Below, piece after piece: positions 26,846 through 38,100 of a stretch of 64,000 bases of DNA (positions are counted from its first letter, which is position 1; every line of letters begins with the position of its first letter). The translations under genes were made by a program, and so were the position numbers. The DNA lies in contig OZ037771.1 in NCBI GenBank assembly GCA_964035545.1, forward strand, positions 1,003,628 through 1,067,627. The letters run 5' to 3'. The notes under the pieces are model-generated. The model was not told the DNA's origin and made no database searches. It was given only the letters and a program-made list of their open reading frames with translations. Source of the stretch: Bugula neritina. Its lineage: Eukaryota; Animalia; Bryozoa.

Positions 26846-29800
26846 ATGGCTAAGTTTAACCCCCCTAAAGAGTTCGACTTTGATCCATCTGGCTGGGCTG
26901 AATGGTTTGCTCGCTGGAGTCGTTATAGGACACTGTCAAAGCTCAATCAAGAAGAAGAACAGTTGCAAGTTGACAGCTTTCTCTATTGTATGGGAAATAA
27001 AAGCGAGAGTATTTTCAATGGTTTAGCACTGTCGGATGAAGATATTAAAAACTACCAAAAAGTATCTGAAGCTTTTCAGAAGTATTTCTCTCCACGTAAG
27101 TACGTGATTTATGAACGAGCTCGTTTCTTCAGGCGCTGCCAACAACAAGGAGAAACTGTTGAACAGTATGTTAGATCTCTAAATGACATAGCAGATAGGT
27201 GTGATTTTTCCAATAGATCAGAGCAAATGCGAGACAGAATTGTAGTAGGAATCACAGACACTAACTGCAGTCGTGAAATGCAGAAAATGAATGTTGAAGA
27301 CCTAACTGAAGAGGTTGCCATAAATATGGCTAGACAATTTGAGCAAGTAGACAAAAACATCAAAGACTTGACAGAAAGTCATACTCAGGGTAATACTAGT
27401 AGTACTTCGGTAGATGCTGTCTCCAAATTCAGTAGTAGTGGTAGTCACACAAACAAGTCTCATAAGCACAGCTCTAAGAGTAACAGCACTAGACAAACTA
27501 ATAACTCTACTCCATGTGGCCGATGTGGTTATGTAAACCACACCAGAGGTACATGCCCTGCGAAAGAATGTAAGTGTAAGCGCTGTGGTAAACTCGGACA
27601 CTACGCAAAAATGTGTAAATCTAAGCCTGCCAGTCAAGTTCAGCAAGTTGAAGAAGAAGTGGACAGCGTATTTCTTGGTGAGATAGCTGAGAGTAACGTA
27701 GGAGTGTGGACCAAGACTATTGTTGTAGACAAGCTTGACTTTCCAGTTCAGTTCAAACTCGATACTGGTGCAGATGTCTCCATACTTCCCCAAAGGCTAT
27801 GTTCCAATGTGCCATTAGTAAAGACTAAGAAGCAGTTTTTAGGCCCAGGTAACACTAAGATACCAGTTGTAGGCTGTTTCAATGCTAAACTTTCAGTAGG
27901 CAGTATTACTCACACTGAAACTATTTATGTTGTAAACCAAACAAAAGCCTTGCTAAGTCGTAATGCTTGTGTTAAGCTAGGGTTAATTTCTTGTAAGTGT
28001 GATGTAGACTCTGTTACTAATGTTACTGACAACTCTGTATTTTGTAGAGAATTCCCAAAACTTTTTAGTGGTCTAGGTAAAATGAATCATACCGTAGGTA
28101 TAGAGTTGCGTTCTGAGTGTAAACCATTTGCTATTAACACCCCTCGTTCGGTCCCCTACCCCTTGTTGTCTAGTGTTAAGCAGGAGTTGAGTGATATGGT
28201 TGCTAAAGGAGTAATTTCTCCAGTCAGTGAGCCCACAGATTGGTGTGCTCCCATGGTTGTAGTCCCCAAGGCTAATCGCAAGGTGAGAATCTGTGTTGAT
28301 TACACTGAGTTGAACAAAGTTGTTCGTAGAGAAGTGCACCCCATGGCTCATGTTGAGTCAAGTCTCGCCAAGCTTGGCAATGGTAACTTTTTTACAGTAC
28401 TCGATGCTAACTCAGGTTTCTATCAGATTCCTCTCTCCCCCAAAGCTAAAATGTTGACTACATTCTTGTCTCCGTTTGGTAGGTTTGCCTTTAACCGTTT
28501 ACCCTTTGGGTTGTCCTCTAGTCCAGAACTGTACTGCAAAATTGTTTCACAGGTTCTGGAAGGTTTGGATGGTGTTGTCTGTCACATGGACGATGTTTGC
28601 ATTTGGGGTAAATCTCAAGAAGAACACGATAGTCGTGTTCGTGCTGTTTTGCGTAGGATGGTTGACGCTGGTATGACTCTAAATGTTGAAAAATGTAAGT
28701 TCTCTCGTAGCAGTATCAAGTTTCTTGGTCATGTCATATCCTCTTCTGGCATTCGTGCTAATCCCGAAGCAATTCAGGGCATAGAAAGTTTTGCCACTCC
28801 AACTTGTGTCAAGGATGTGCGTAGTTTCCTCGGAATGGCTAATCAGCTTAGCAAGTTCTCCACCAGGTTAGGTGAACTCAGTGCTCCCTTACGTGAGCTT
28901 CTTCATAAAAACACTCCTTGGATTTGGGATGTTGCTCAAAAACAAGCCTTCTGTGACATCAAGAAAGAGTTGCAACGTAGTGTTGAACTCGCTTCCTATA
29001 GTCCTCAGCGTGAAACAGTTATTCACACTGATGCTTCTCAATGTGGTATAGGTGCTGCTCTGTTCCAATATCAAGACAATGGCGAGCTACGCCTAGTCTG
29101 TGCTGCTTCTCGTGCGCTCAGTGAGACAGAGAAGAGGTATGCTACCATAGAGCAAGAAGCTTTAGCAGTTGTTTGGGCTTGTGAAAAGTTTAGGGATTAT
29201 ATTGTTGGTCTTAGAGTGGTTATCAAAACTGATCACAAACCTTTAGTTCCCCTCTTAAATGATATTGAGCTTGACAAGAACCCTGCACGTATTCAGAGGT
29301 TTAGAATGCGTCTCATGAGGTTCCAATATCACGTGGAACACATTTCTGGAAAGAAGAATGTTATTGCAGATGCCCTTTCTCGTTCTGTAGGTCCCATTAG
29401 TGAGGCTGATGTTATGTTTATGGAAGAAGTAGAGCTTTTCGCTGTGTCAGCATTGCATAATACTGCCACTTCTCCTCGTTTGAAAGAGTTGAAAGTTCAA
29501 CAAGAGAATGATGAGGTCTTATCTCGTGTTCTCCAATATGTTAGGTTTGGTTGGCCCACATATTTGCCTTCTCATGAAATTTTGTTGCGTCCCTATTTTG
29601 AATGTAGGTCTAGGCTCTCTACCATTGAAGATGTTTTAGTTCTTGACAGTTGCATTGTTATTCCCCATGCCGAACGTCTAGCTGTGCTTGACAAAATCCA
29701 CAGTGGTCACCTTGGCATCACCAAATGTAGGTCTCGAGCTGCACAGTCAGTCTGGTGGCCCAATATGTCCCAGCAAATTGCGGAGATGGTTAAAAAATGC

Positions 29801-30664
29801 GAGTCCTGTAGGAAGGAGTCAAACGTTCAACAATCCCCTCTCCTTCGTTCTGAGTTTCCTAGTCGTCCTTGGGAAAAACTAGGCAGTGACTTGTTCTATT
29901 TTGACAGTAAGTGGTTCTTGCTAGTAGTCGATTACTATTCTCGTTTTATCGAAGTTGCGTTGTTAGAGGATCTCACCAGTTCTAAGGTTATACTCCATTT
30001 GAAGAGCATATTTGCTCGACATGGTGTCCCAGAGGTCCTGATTTCTGATAATGGTGTGCAATACGCTTCAGAGGAATTTAAATCCTTCGCCCGAAAGTTT
30101 GGTTTTACCCATATTACCAGTTCTCCTAAACACCCTCAGGGAAATGGTGCAGCTGAACGAGCTGTTCAGACTGTTAAAAACATTTTGAAGAAAGGACAAG
30201 ATCCGTATTTAGGGTTGATGGCTTATAGGTCTTCACCGTTGGAAAATGGTGTCTCTCCAGCTGAGTTGTTGATGGGTCGGAAACTGCGCACTACGGTGCC
30301 TTCTTTGCCATCAGTGTTGCCCCCAAAGCAGCCCGATGTAGAACGGGTTAAGCAAAAAGAGGCTCATGCTAGAGCCCAGAGCAAAGATACATTTGACTTG
30401 AGACATCGAGTTGTGGTCCCTCCATCGTTAAGTCCTGGTGATAGAGTTCATGTGCGTGATCTGAATCGTGATGCTGAAGTTGTTAGTACTTCCCCTGCAA
30501 GGCCCCGATCGATTGTTGTTAAAAGTACTAATGGTGTCCCACTCAGACGCAATGTTACCAACCTAGTGCCATTACAAACTACTGAGTTGTCTGACGACAA
30601 TAATGTCGCTAGAAAATCTAGTTATGGTAGAACTATTAAACCTAGACAGATTTTGGATTTGTAA
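26846..30664 (+). CDS. Gag-Pol polyprotein (2 CCHC knuckles, aspartic protease, RT, RNase H, integrase)
   Basis: Uninterrupted ORF, first ATG at 26846. CGRCGYVNHTRGTC and CKRCGKLGHYAKMC; LDTGAD; RT LPFG...HMDD; RNase H TDAS...ADALSR; integrase H-SGH...CESC, SDNG, AER. Confidence 0.97.
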   Translation: MAKFNPPKEFDFDPSGWAEWFARWSRYRTLSKLNQEEEQLQVDSFLYCMGNKSESIFNGLALSDEDIKNYQKVSEAFQKYFSPRKYVIYERARFFRRCQQQGETVEQYVRSLNDIADRCDFSNRSEQMRDRIVVGITDTNCSREMQKMNVEDLTEEVAINMARQFEQVDKNIKDLTESHTQGNTSSTSVDAVSKFSSSGSHTNKSHKHSSKSNSTRQTNNSTPCGRCGYVNHTRGTCPAKECKCKRCGKLGHYAKMCKSKPASQVQQVEEEVDSVFLGEIAESNVGVWTKTIVVDKLDFPVQFKLDTGADVSILPQRLCSNVPLVKTKKQFLGPGNTKIPVVGCFNAKLSVGSITHTETIYVVNQTKALLSRNACVKLGLISCKCDVDSVTNVTDNSVFCREFPKLFSGLGKMNHTVGIELRSECKPFAINTPRSVPYPLLSSVKQELSDMVAKGVISPVSEPTDWCAPMVVVPKANRKVRICVDYTELNKVVRREVHPMAHVESSLAKLGNGNFFTVLDANSGFYQIPLSPKAKMLTTFLSPFGRFAFNRLPFGLSSSPELYCKIVSQVLEGLDGVVCHMDDVCIWGKSQEEHDSRVRAVLRRMVDAGMTLNVEKCKFSRSSIKFLGHVISSSGIRANPEAIQGIESFATPTCVKDVRSFLGMANQLSKFSTRLGELSAPLRELLHKNTPWIWDVAQKQAFCDIKKELQRSVELASYSPQRETVIHTDASQCGIGAALFQYQDNGELRLVCAASRALSETEKRYATIEQEALAVVWACEKFRDYIVGLRVVIKTDHKPLVPLLNDIELDKNPARIQRFRMRLMRFQYHVEHISGKKNVIADALSRSVGPISEADVMFMEEVELFAVSALHNTATSPRLKELKVQQENDEVLSRVLQYVRFGWPTYLPSHEILLRPYFECRSRLSTIEDVLVLDSCIVIPHAERLAVLDKIHSGHLGITKCRSRAAQSVWWPNMSQQIAEMVKKCESCRKESNVQQSPLLRSEFPSRPWEKLGSDLFYFDSKWFLLVVDYYSRFIEVALLEDLTSSKVILHLKSIFARHGVPEVLISDNGVQYASEEFKSFARKFGFTHITSSPKHPQGNGAAERAVQTVKNILKKGQDPYLGLMAYRSSPLENGVSPAELLMGRKLRTTVPSLPSVLPPKQPDVERVKQKEAHARAQSKDTFDLRHRVVVPPSLSPGDRVHVRDLNRDAEVVSTSPARPRSIVVKSTNGVPLRRNVTNLVPLQTTELSDDNNVARKSSYGRTIKPRQILDL

Positions 30665-30832
30665 ATAGACTATGTGCTGTGTTTGTTTCCATTTTATTAT
30701 GTATTGTATTACCATTGTGTTTGTTTTTACTAGTGTACTAAAATTTCTCTGTGTATTATCAATATGTTTCCAATGTGTGTTTTTTGCTGTATTACAATTT
30801 TGTGTGGTCTCCCCATCTTTTATTATTGTCTT

Positions 30833-30844
30833 GAGAAAGGGAGG
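30833..30844 (+). other. Polypurine tract
   Basis: gagaaagggagg immediately before the 3' LTR. Confidence 0.9.
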
Positions 30845-30996
30845 TGTTGTATTATAATGTACTCGCTATAATGTTACGCTTTTATTAGGTCAAGGTTACC
30901 TTCAGTTTGAATAAAGTTATTGCCATGTTAAATACAATACTTGCTCGTGTTCACTAACAAAATATAATCCACTTCATCCGCAACCATAATATTACA
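30845..30996 (+). repeat. 3' LTR (152 bp)
   Basis: Identical to 26612-26763; followed by TSD GTAAT. Confidence 0.97.
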
Positions 30997-31499
30997 GTAA
31001 TAATAATCATGTCAATGATAATCATAATGATAATCATAATGATGGAACTAAAAACTGAAGTGAATATCAATATGAATATGTAGATTGTAGTTGCACTCAA
31101 AGTCAATAACATTAACTATAAGTATAAGTATAAGTATTAGTATAACTATAAGACTAAGTATAACAATAAGATTAAGTATAACTATAACTATAAGTATAAG
31201 TTATATTAATTATTAATATTGTATAACTATAAGCTTGCTTCTTGCTTCGAGTTATCAATAACTATAAGTATAACTCTATAAGTATAAGATTAAGTGGTAT
31301 ATTTATATGAGTATTACTATTAGTATTAGTATTAATTTAAGTTTAGTCTCAGTCTGTAAGTATATATAATATATTTATATTAATATTATAATAACTATTA
31401 TATTATATATATATTTATAAGTATATCATAAATATAATTTTACATTAATATTTTAATATACTTTTAATTTCATGATAATAATCCATGATCACTAATTTA

Positions 31500-32130
31500 G
31501 CCTTAGAGATAGGCCGTGAAACCAAATGGGCATGGCAATCAGTAAACACTAAAATGTACTATTAGTAATTACTAATACTAAAGCTAATACTAATAGTAAT
31601 GGCTTATATCTACGAATGGTTCCATTGGTGAATAAGTGCAGTAGTTTGGGGGGGGGGGGGGGCGAGTTTGGAGTTGGGAACATAACTCTAAACGTCAGAC
31701 CTCCCATCGAATTGAAATCGTCCTTCACCACCAACTCGGAGCTGCTCATAGAACCATCCTATTTCTACGCTGCGTTTTTGCACTTGTAGAAACGTTAACC
31801 AACGGGTCTACATTTAAAACGAAGGGCAATTAGTAACACCCGACATTAGGACTTTTATGTCCTCATAGCTATTTGCTGTAATTTTTAATTAGAAGAAAAA
31901 TTTAAGAGTTCACGGCTGATGTAAAACTAATAATTATGAGACTAAAAGCACGGGTTAAAGACTGCGTTCTATGAGATGCAACATTATGCTAACGTTTCTG
32001 ATATATATATAATGTGAAAGCAAGCAAAGACGGGTACTCGTATGTTTTAACCCACGTGACCTAACTACCCAACCTGATTGGCCCAATATATATCGGTAGA
32101 CATTTCTGTAATGGGATTTTACCAATTCGT
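31500..32130. promoter_or_regulatory. Putative bidirectional promoter for TMCO3 (minus) and arrestin (plus)
   Basis: Locally CpG-enriched patch between divergent genes, flanked on both sides by AT-rich periodic DNA. E-box cacgtgac (~32053), attgg/ccaat (~32076-32087), TA run, and donor ttc|gtgagt (~32129). Confidence 0.5.
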
Positions 32131-35105
32131 GAGTACTACTACTTAATCTTATGTTACAAATTACTATCCAACTATAACTATTGGCATTGCTGTTAGTAAA
32201 ACTAAATGTAATGCTAACAGTAATTCAGTGACTAATTTTGAAGTACTTGCACATTGTTGTAATAGTTGCAATCTTTATTTGCATGTCGTACTTTGCTATT
32301 TTTAAATCTGAAACTGCACATTCACATTCAGTTTCACATTGTCACTTCATTGTGATTGAGTTTGACATTGAATGACATTCACTGAGTGATTGATTTTGAA
32401 TGATTGATATTAATATTATAATTATAAATTAATATTATAATTATTTTTTATTTATCATTTAATAAGTAATAGTTATACTTATAATTACACTAAGAAGTAA
32501 GTTTAATACTAATAGTAATAGTAACACTAATACTGATAGTGCTAGTATTTAATAATATTATTAACTAATAACTGTAAGTAAATGTAATACTAATACTAAG
32601 TCTAATAATATTTCTGTAATAATAGAACTCTAACAGTAACTATAACACCAACAGTAAAGCTTAAACTATAACTGTAACACTTAAAGTTAAAGCTAATTGT
32701 TATACTTATATTCAAAATCATAGTGCTATAATAAGTTAAGTATAACATTAACTTATAACTATAAGTTATACCTATAAGAGTAAAAAACTTGAATTTAGAT
32801 TAAAATAATACTATTAGTATTAGTATTGCCATTAGTATTAGTATTACTATTACTATTAGTGTTGGAGTTAGACTTACTCTTAGAGTTAGTATTTTAATTT
32901 ACTTTTAGATGATAATGATAATACTTTTACTTTATGATTATGATAATACTTATTATTTTGAGAATTGTTGGTGGCACTTGCAGTAAATATAATGAGTAAT
33001 TTGTTTACTTACAGCTTGAGCTGGGATGCCTAATGCTAATAGTATAACTCTCTGATACTATATTTTGCTTTTTATTGTGATTATAAAGTATATCACTAAT
33101 AATAGTAATTATTACTATTGCTATAATGAGTAGAGTAACTCTGAGCAAACTTGGGGCTAGTGTTATTTACTTTTTACCAAAAGAATTATTCTGTGAGTAT
33201 TGAAAGCAAACTTTTATCATAATGCTAATATTTACATAAATTATAATTGCAATAAACATAATTATAAAAATTAATAACAGCAGTAGTGTAATTATAACAT
33301 TAACTATAAGTCTAAGATTTAGACAGTAATCTTGCTGCTGCTGCTGCTGCTGCTACTACTACTACTACTAGTTCTACTGCTATTAGTATGAAATAGTAGT
33401 ACTACTCATACTGTATCAGTTTGATTAGCATTAATTACTAATATGGCCAATACAGACTATTTTATATTTAAATAGTTGAAATGAAATTTCTTCAATTAGC
33501 AATTGTTCAGCAAGATTCACTTGTCACCATAAAGCTCTGAATGTTTGTATAATTCCATAAAATAATATTAAATTCTCATAGATTTAAACTAATTCAATTT
33601 CCCAACCTATCTTGCTTATAATTGATGAAAGCTCTCACGTGTACCTCAATGAAAAGGTATAATTTGGTATATAAAAGGTGTTTGGATTTAAGCAGTGTAC
33701 TAATATTGGGTATAGTAGCAAGTATAGAATTTTTAATGGCATTTTAGCAAAATTTCAAAGTGCATAGATATAGGTATTATGTACTTGAAGAAATAGCATA
33801 TTGTTTTACTAAAATGCTATTATTAAATATTATTATAGAATCTGTATTTTCTAAGACAAGGTTGATATCTGTCATAAAGGTCTTTAAAGTTTATTCTGAA
33901 CTATGAAAATATTGCCAGCTTGAATGTTGTTTATGAGTAAATGTGATTTCTTTAATGTTGTTTTTGTAATGTCACCGGGCAATTACTGGTTTACCCCACA
34001 TAATGATAATTCTGTGAATGATAAGCCTTCTTAATGTAACATGTAGTGTAATAAATCATGCGTAATCTGATCCTGGAGATTAACCCCTACTCTACTCTAC
34101 TCCACTCTACTCTACTCTGCCCAGACTCTGTGCTGACGTTGCTTGCCTTTTATGATATCAATGATAATAAAGAATGGTGTTAGTCTTCATACTTGAAGAT
34201 GAACAAATAATCCTGTTGAATGTGAAAGAGTTGGGGTTATTGCATCTGGCATATAAATGTTTATTACTCAGGATAATCTATTTTCCAACATCTCTAGATG
34301 TTAAAATAAAGTTTAGTATCTCAGCCAAGCCTATACTTTAAACATCTGAAGATCTAAGTCTAACTAATATTGATTAGCTAGTTACTCATTAAATCTCAAG
34401 CTTCCACTAAAACTGTTTTCTATGGATGAACCATAAACAAGCTCAATATTCTAAATGATAGGCTGGCTGTATTGCTACAGTGACCCAGGTTGTGGAATAT
34501 TGCTTTTGTTTAATAGTTTAGATGTGCAACTAATATAATTAGTAGGCATTTGCTACATCTAGCTACACTTAGGATCCTTCCCAGCAACTCTCAACTAGTC
34601 GAGAGCTGCGCAGTGCTTGCAAATTGAGTCTTGATACGTACTCATAGTGACCATTTAGCTTGGTGCCGTGCCTAGACTAACATTGCAAAAAGATTGTGCA
34701 AGGAAATGATACTGGAACGAGCATTCAACCCAAGTGGTAGTGGTTGTAGTGCTGAGTGAGGCAGCTATTATTAACTAAACATTCTACATTGCAACAGGCT
34801 GCCAACATTAATAATTGCTATTGGTAGGAAGTTTCAATCCTATCGCCAACTCAAGTATTTTTTACTGCTAGTCAACCAGCATAATTCTCACCCGACTACA
34901 ACTGGCTTGGTGTAAAGGGCTGTGTGTGCCACAGTAATGGCGTAATTAGCTATAGGTCATCACTAAATAAAGTTAAATGTCAATTTAGATTGCACTCTGC
35001 ACTAACAGCAGGGGTTCATATTGCAGAGACTGAGTTGGTGAGGAGCTGCTGAACTTGTGCTAACTACTTCCTGTCCGGGTGTCCTGAAGTGAAGCTATAT
35101 CGGAA

Positions 35106-38100
35106 ATGTCTGCCGAAGGGGAGTTGGCAGCGACATCATCTCTGAGTACTACTAGGTGAGCCTTCACAATACCACACCTACATACACTGAGTACTACTAG
35201 GTGAGCCTTCACAATACCACACCTACATACACTAAGTACTACTAGGTGAGCCTTCACAATACCACACCTACATACACTGAGTACTACTAGGTGAGCCTTC
35301 ACAATACCACACCTACATACACTGAGTACTACTAGGTGAGCCTTCACAATACCACACCTACATACACTGAGTACTACTAGGTGAGCCTTCACAATACCAC
35401 ACCTACATACATTGAGTACTACTAGGTGAGCCTTCACAATACCACACCTACGTACTTGTAGTGTGACCAGGTAATACCACACCTACATACAAAGTACATA
35501 TAGTGTGACCAGGTAATACCACACCTACATAAAAAGTACATATAGTGTGACCAGGTAATACCACACCTACATACAAAGTACTGATAGTGTGACCAGGTAC
35601 TAGCACACCTACATACAAAGTACATATAGTGTGACCAGGGAGTAGTGTTGCTTGTTTGTTTATAAAGCATGCAGAGTATTGTTGGTACAAACACTGCCAT
35701 ATCCTTGTATTGTTTTCATACAATGTTTTGTTATATTGTTCTGAGCAACATGCCATCATTTCTTCTTTTGCTATTTCTTTAGAGTTTTCAAGAAAGCTAG
35801 TCCTAATGGAAAGGTGAGTTATACTGTCTTATATTATATATAATACGAAATATTACTTTATATGTTATTATATTTCCTCACAGCCAAACCAATGCACTAC
35901 TCATTCATTTATAATATACACCAGCAATGTATAACTTTGTATGCTGGTAGTTATATTTTTATGACTTTGGTTACTCACTGTAACTATGTATACTTATGAT
36001 GTACTTGATTGCCAGGTATTATTATATATTGATATATTACATAACACATCGTATTATATAACATAACTTGCTACTTTGCCTTGGATTCTACTCTCTATAT
36101 TTGCCTCTTTCATTTTTTATAGATTACAACATATTTAGGGAGGAGAGATTTCATAGACTATGGTTCTAATGTTGACCCTGTTGGTAAGTATGGACACGTA
36201 GCCCATCCCCCACAGTAAAACTGATTGTATGTCATGTGTGATTGGTTGGAGGTGAACCCTGCACATGTCCCGTGACTCTCTATAGTACTATGAAACATTT
36301 GCTGTTTTTGGTGGCATGTAACTGCTTCATTATTGTTGGCTTAAGGTAGTGTCAAAGAAAATATTAGCAAACTTCAGCTTAGCTTCCTCTTTCCCCGTCA
36401 CTGTGAGACCAGAGAAAACTCATCTGATATATTTGTTGAATGTTGTATGCATCTCTATCTGAACTGCTCACATTCTCTTCCTCCCTCACACAAGAGCAGG
36501 CTGGTGACTTCCTCCTAACTTTCCAGTCCCATTAATACACCTTCACTGTTGTGTATATTGTATATATATTGTGCATATTACTGCAGACGGGGTGGTGCTG
36601 ATAGACCCGGAGTACCTCAAGGACAGAAAGGTGTACGCCAACATTCTAGCAGCCTTCAGGTACGGCCGCGAAGACCTCGATGTTCTTGGACTCACGTTTC
36701 GCAAAGACCTCTTTGGCACTACAGTTCAGGTAACCAGAGAGATTGTGTATTCATCTAATGAGATGTCGCTTGTCACAGCAACCTGTGTTACTGCTGCCGC
36801 AGCAGCGCTAATCTCCTTAATGGTATTTCAACCTCCTCTCTTATTAATCAGCAGCAGCGCCGGCACTACATTAGCTGATGGCATCACCTGGTGTAACGAA
36901 CTTATCAGTTATTAATTATGACAGCATAGAACAGCAAGCAGTTTGTAATAAGATTGTATGTAATGAGCTAGTGATGGCGGCACTGTCCCCGTGGCAGCTC
37001 GTGGCAGCGCAATATATTCTCACTCGAATGAGCAGAGTTTCATTGATTTGTGGTGAATACACAGCGGATATCTGCTTCCAGTGACTGAAATAGCTTTAAG
37101 AAAACACTAATGACATTATTTGCTCCAATTTTATCAGCATCAGTCCCTTCATGTGGTTAATAGGATGTAAGTTGGCTTGTCTGTTGTCATGGTTACAACC
37201 CACTCCCTCTAGCACACCTGGCAGACCCACATGTGCTACAAGTATACCCACATATGTACTCACATGTATGTTACAGGTGTACTTACATGTACTGTATCTT
37301 ACAGGTGTACTTACATGTACTGTGTGTTACAGGTGTACTTACATGTACTGTATGTTACAGGTGTACTTACATGTACTGTATGTTACAGGTGTACTTACAT
37401 GTACTGTATGTTACAGGTGTACTTACATGTACTGTATGTTACAGGTGTACCCCCCTGTTGCTGAGAATGAAAGACCTCTCACTCAGTTGCAAACAAGACT
37501 CATGAAGAAACTGGGCTCAAACGCCTACCCTTTCTACTTTGAGGTGAGTGTGTTTAGCACCTTCTGCTCTACATCTGTATTACTACACGTATTACTGCAT
37601 ATATTACTATACATATTACTACACACATGTATCACACATATTACATGCAGCTGCTGTATTTCTGTGTAGATACCACAGGATGCTCCCTCGTCCGTCACAC
37701 TCCAGCCTGCACCAGAGGAAACCGGCAAGGTTAGTCTGGGATCCTGGTAATATAATACAAGTATTACTGTGTAGTTAGGGGTGGGTTACCACCGTATTGT
37801 AAGACTGACTGTAGGACCTCAGGCTCCAGTCTAGAGCTGCTTCATTTGAGACGACAAAAACAATAATTTGGAAATGTTGTGACATGATTTTGCTGACTGA
37901 GTTTACTTTGTAATCCCTGCTGCCTGGCTTTGCTGCCTGGGGCTATACTGTGCATCTCCAGTTAAGAGTGGCGTGGTTTATTCTAGGTCACGTGATTTAT
38001 TGTAGGTCACGCATGTTTTACTTTCAAAGGTGAGATTTATGGAAAATAAACCCACTTCAAAGCTGTGTGGTGTTTATGTGTCATGATGTGTAATTTAGCA

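Larger units (their letters stand above)
26612..30996 (+). mobile_element. Full-length Ty3/Gypsy LTR retrotransposon (Mag-like)
   Basis: TG...CA LTRs at 26612-26763 and 30845-30996, identical by eye. 5-bp TSD GTAAT at 26607-26611 and 30997-31001. PBS and PPT present. Single gag-pol ORF with PR-RT-RH-IN order. Confidence 0.98.

Noticed and set aside
27109-29074. Antisense ORFs within the retrotransposon
   Set aside because: Short shadows of the long sense ORF with no recognisable domains.
32015-32045. KQAKTGTR resembling an alternative arrestin N-terminal exon
   Set aside because: No in-frame ATG (TGA directly upstream), and the available GT gives the wrong phase for exon 35783.
35142-35450. 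CRISPR-like regular repeats
   Set aside because: Head-to-tail units with no unique spacers, eukaryotic intron context and no cas genes.
35156-35782. New intron created by tandem duplication
   Set aside because: The intron position matches the conserved arrestin TR|VFKK intron and has a normal unique acceptor, so the array is secondary.
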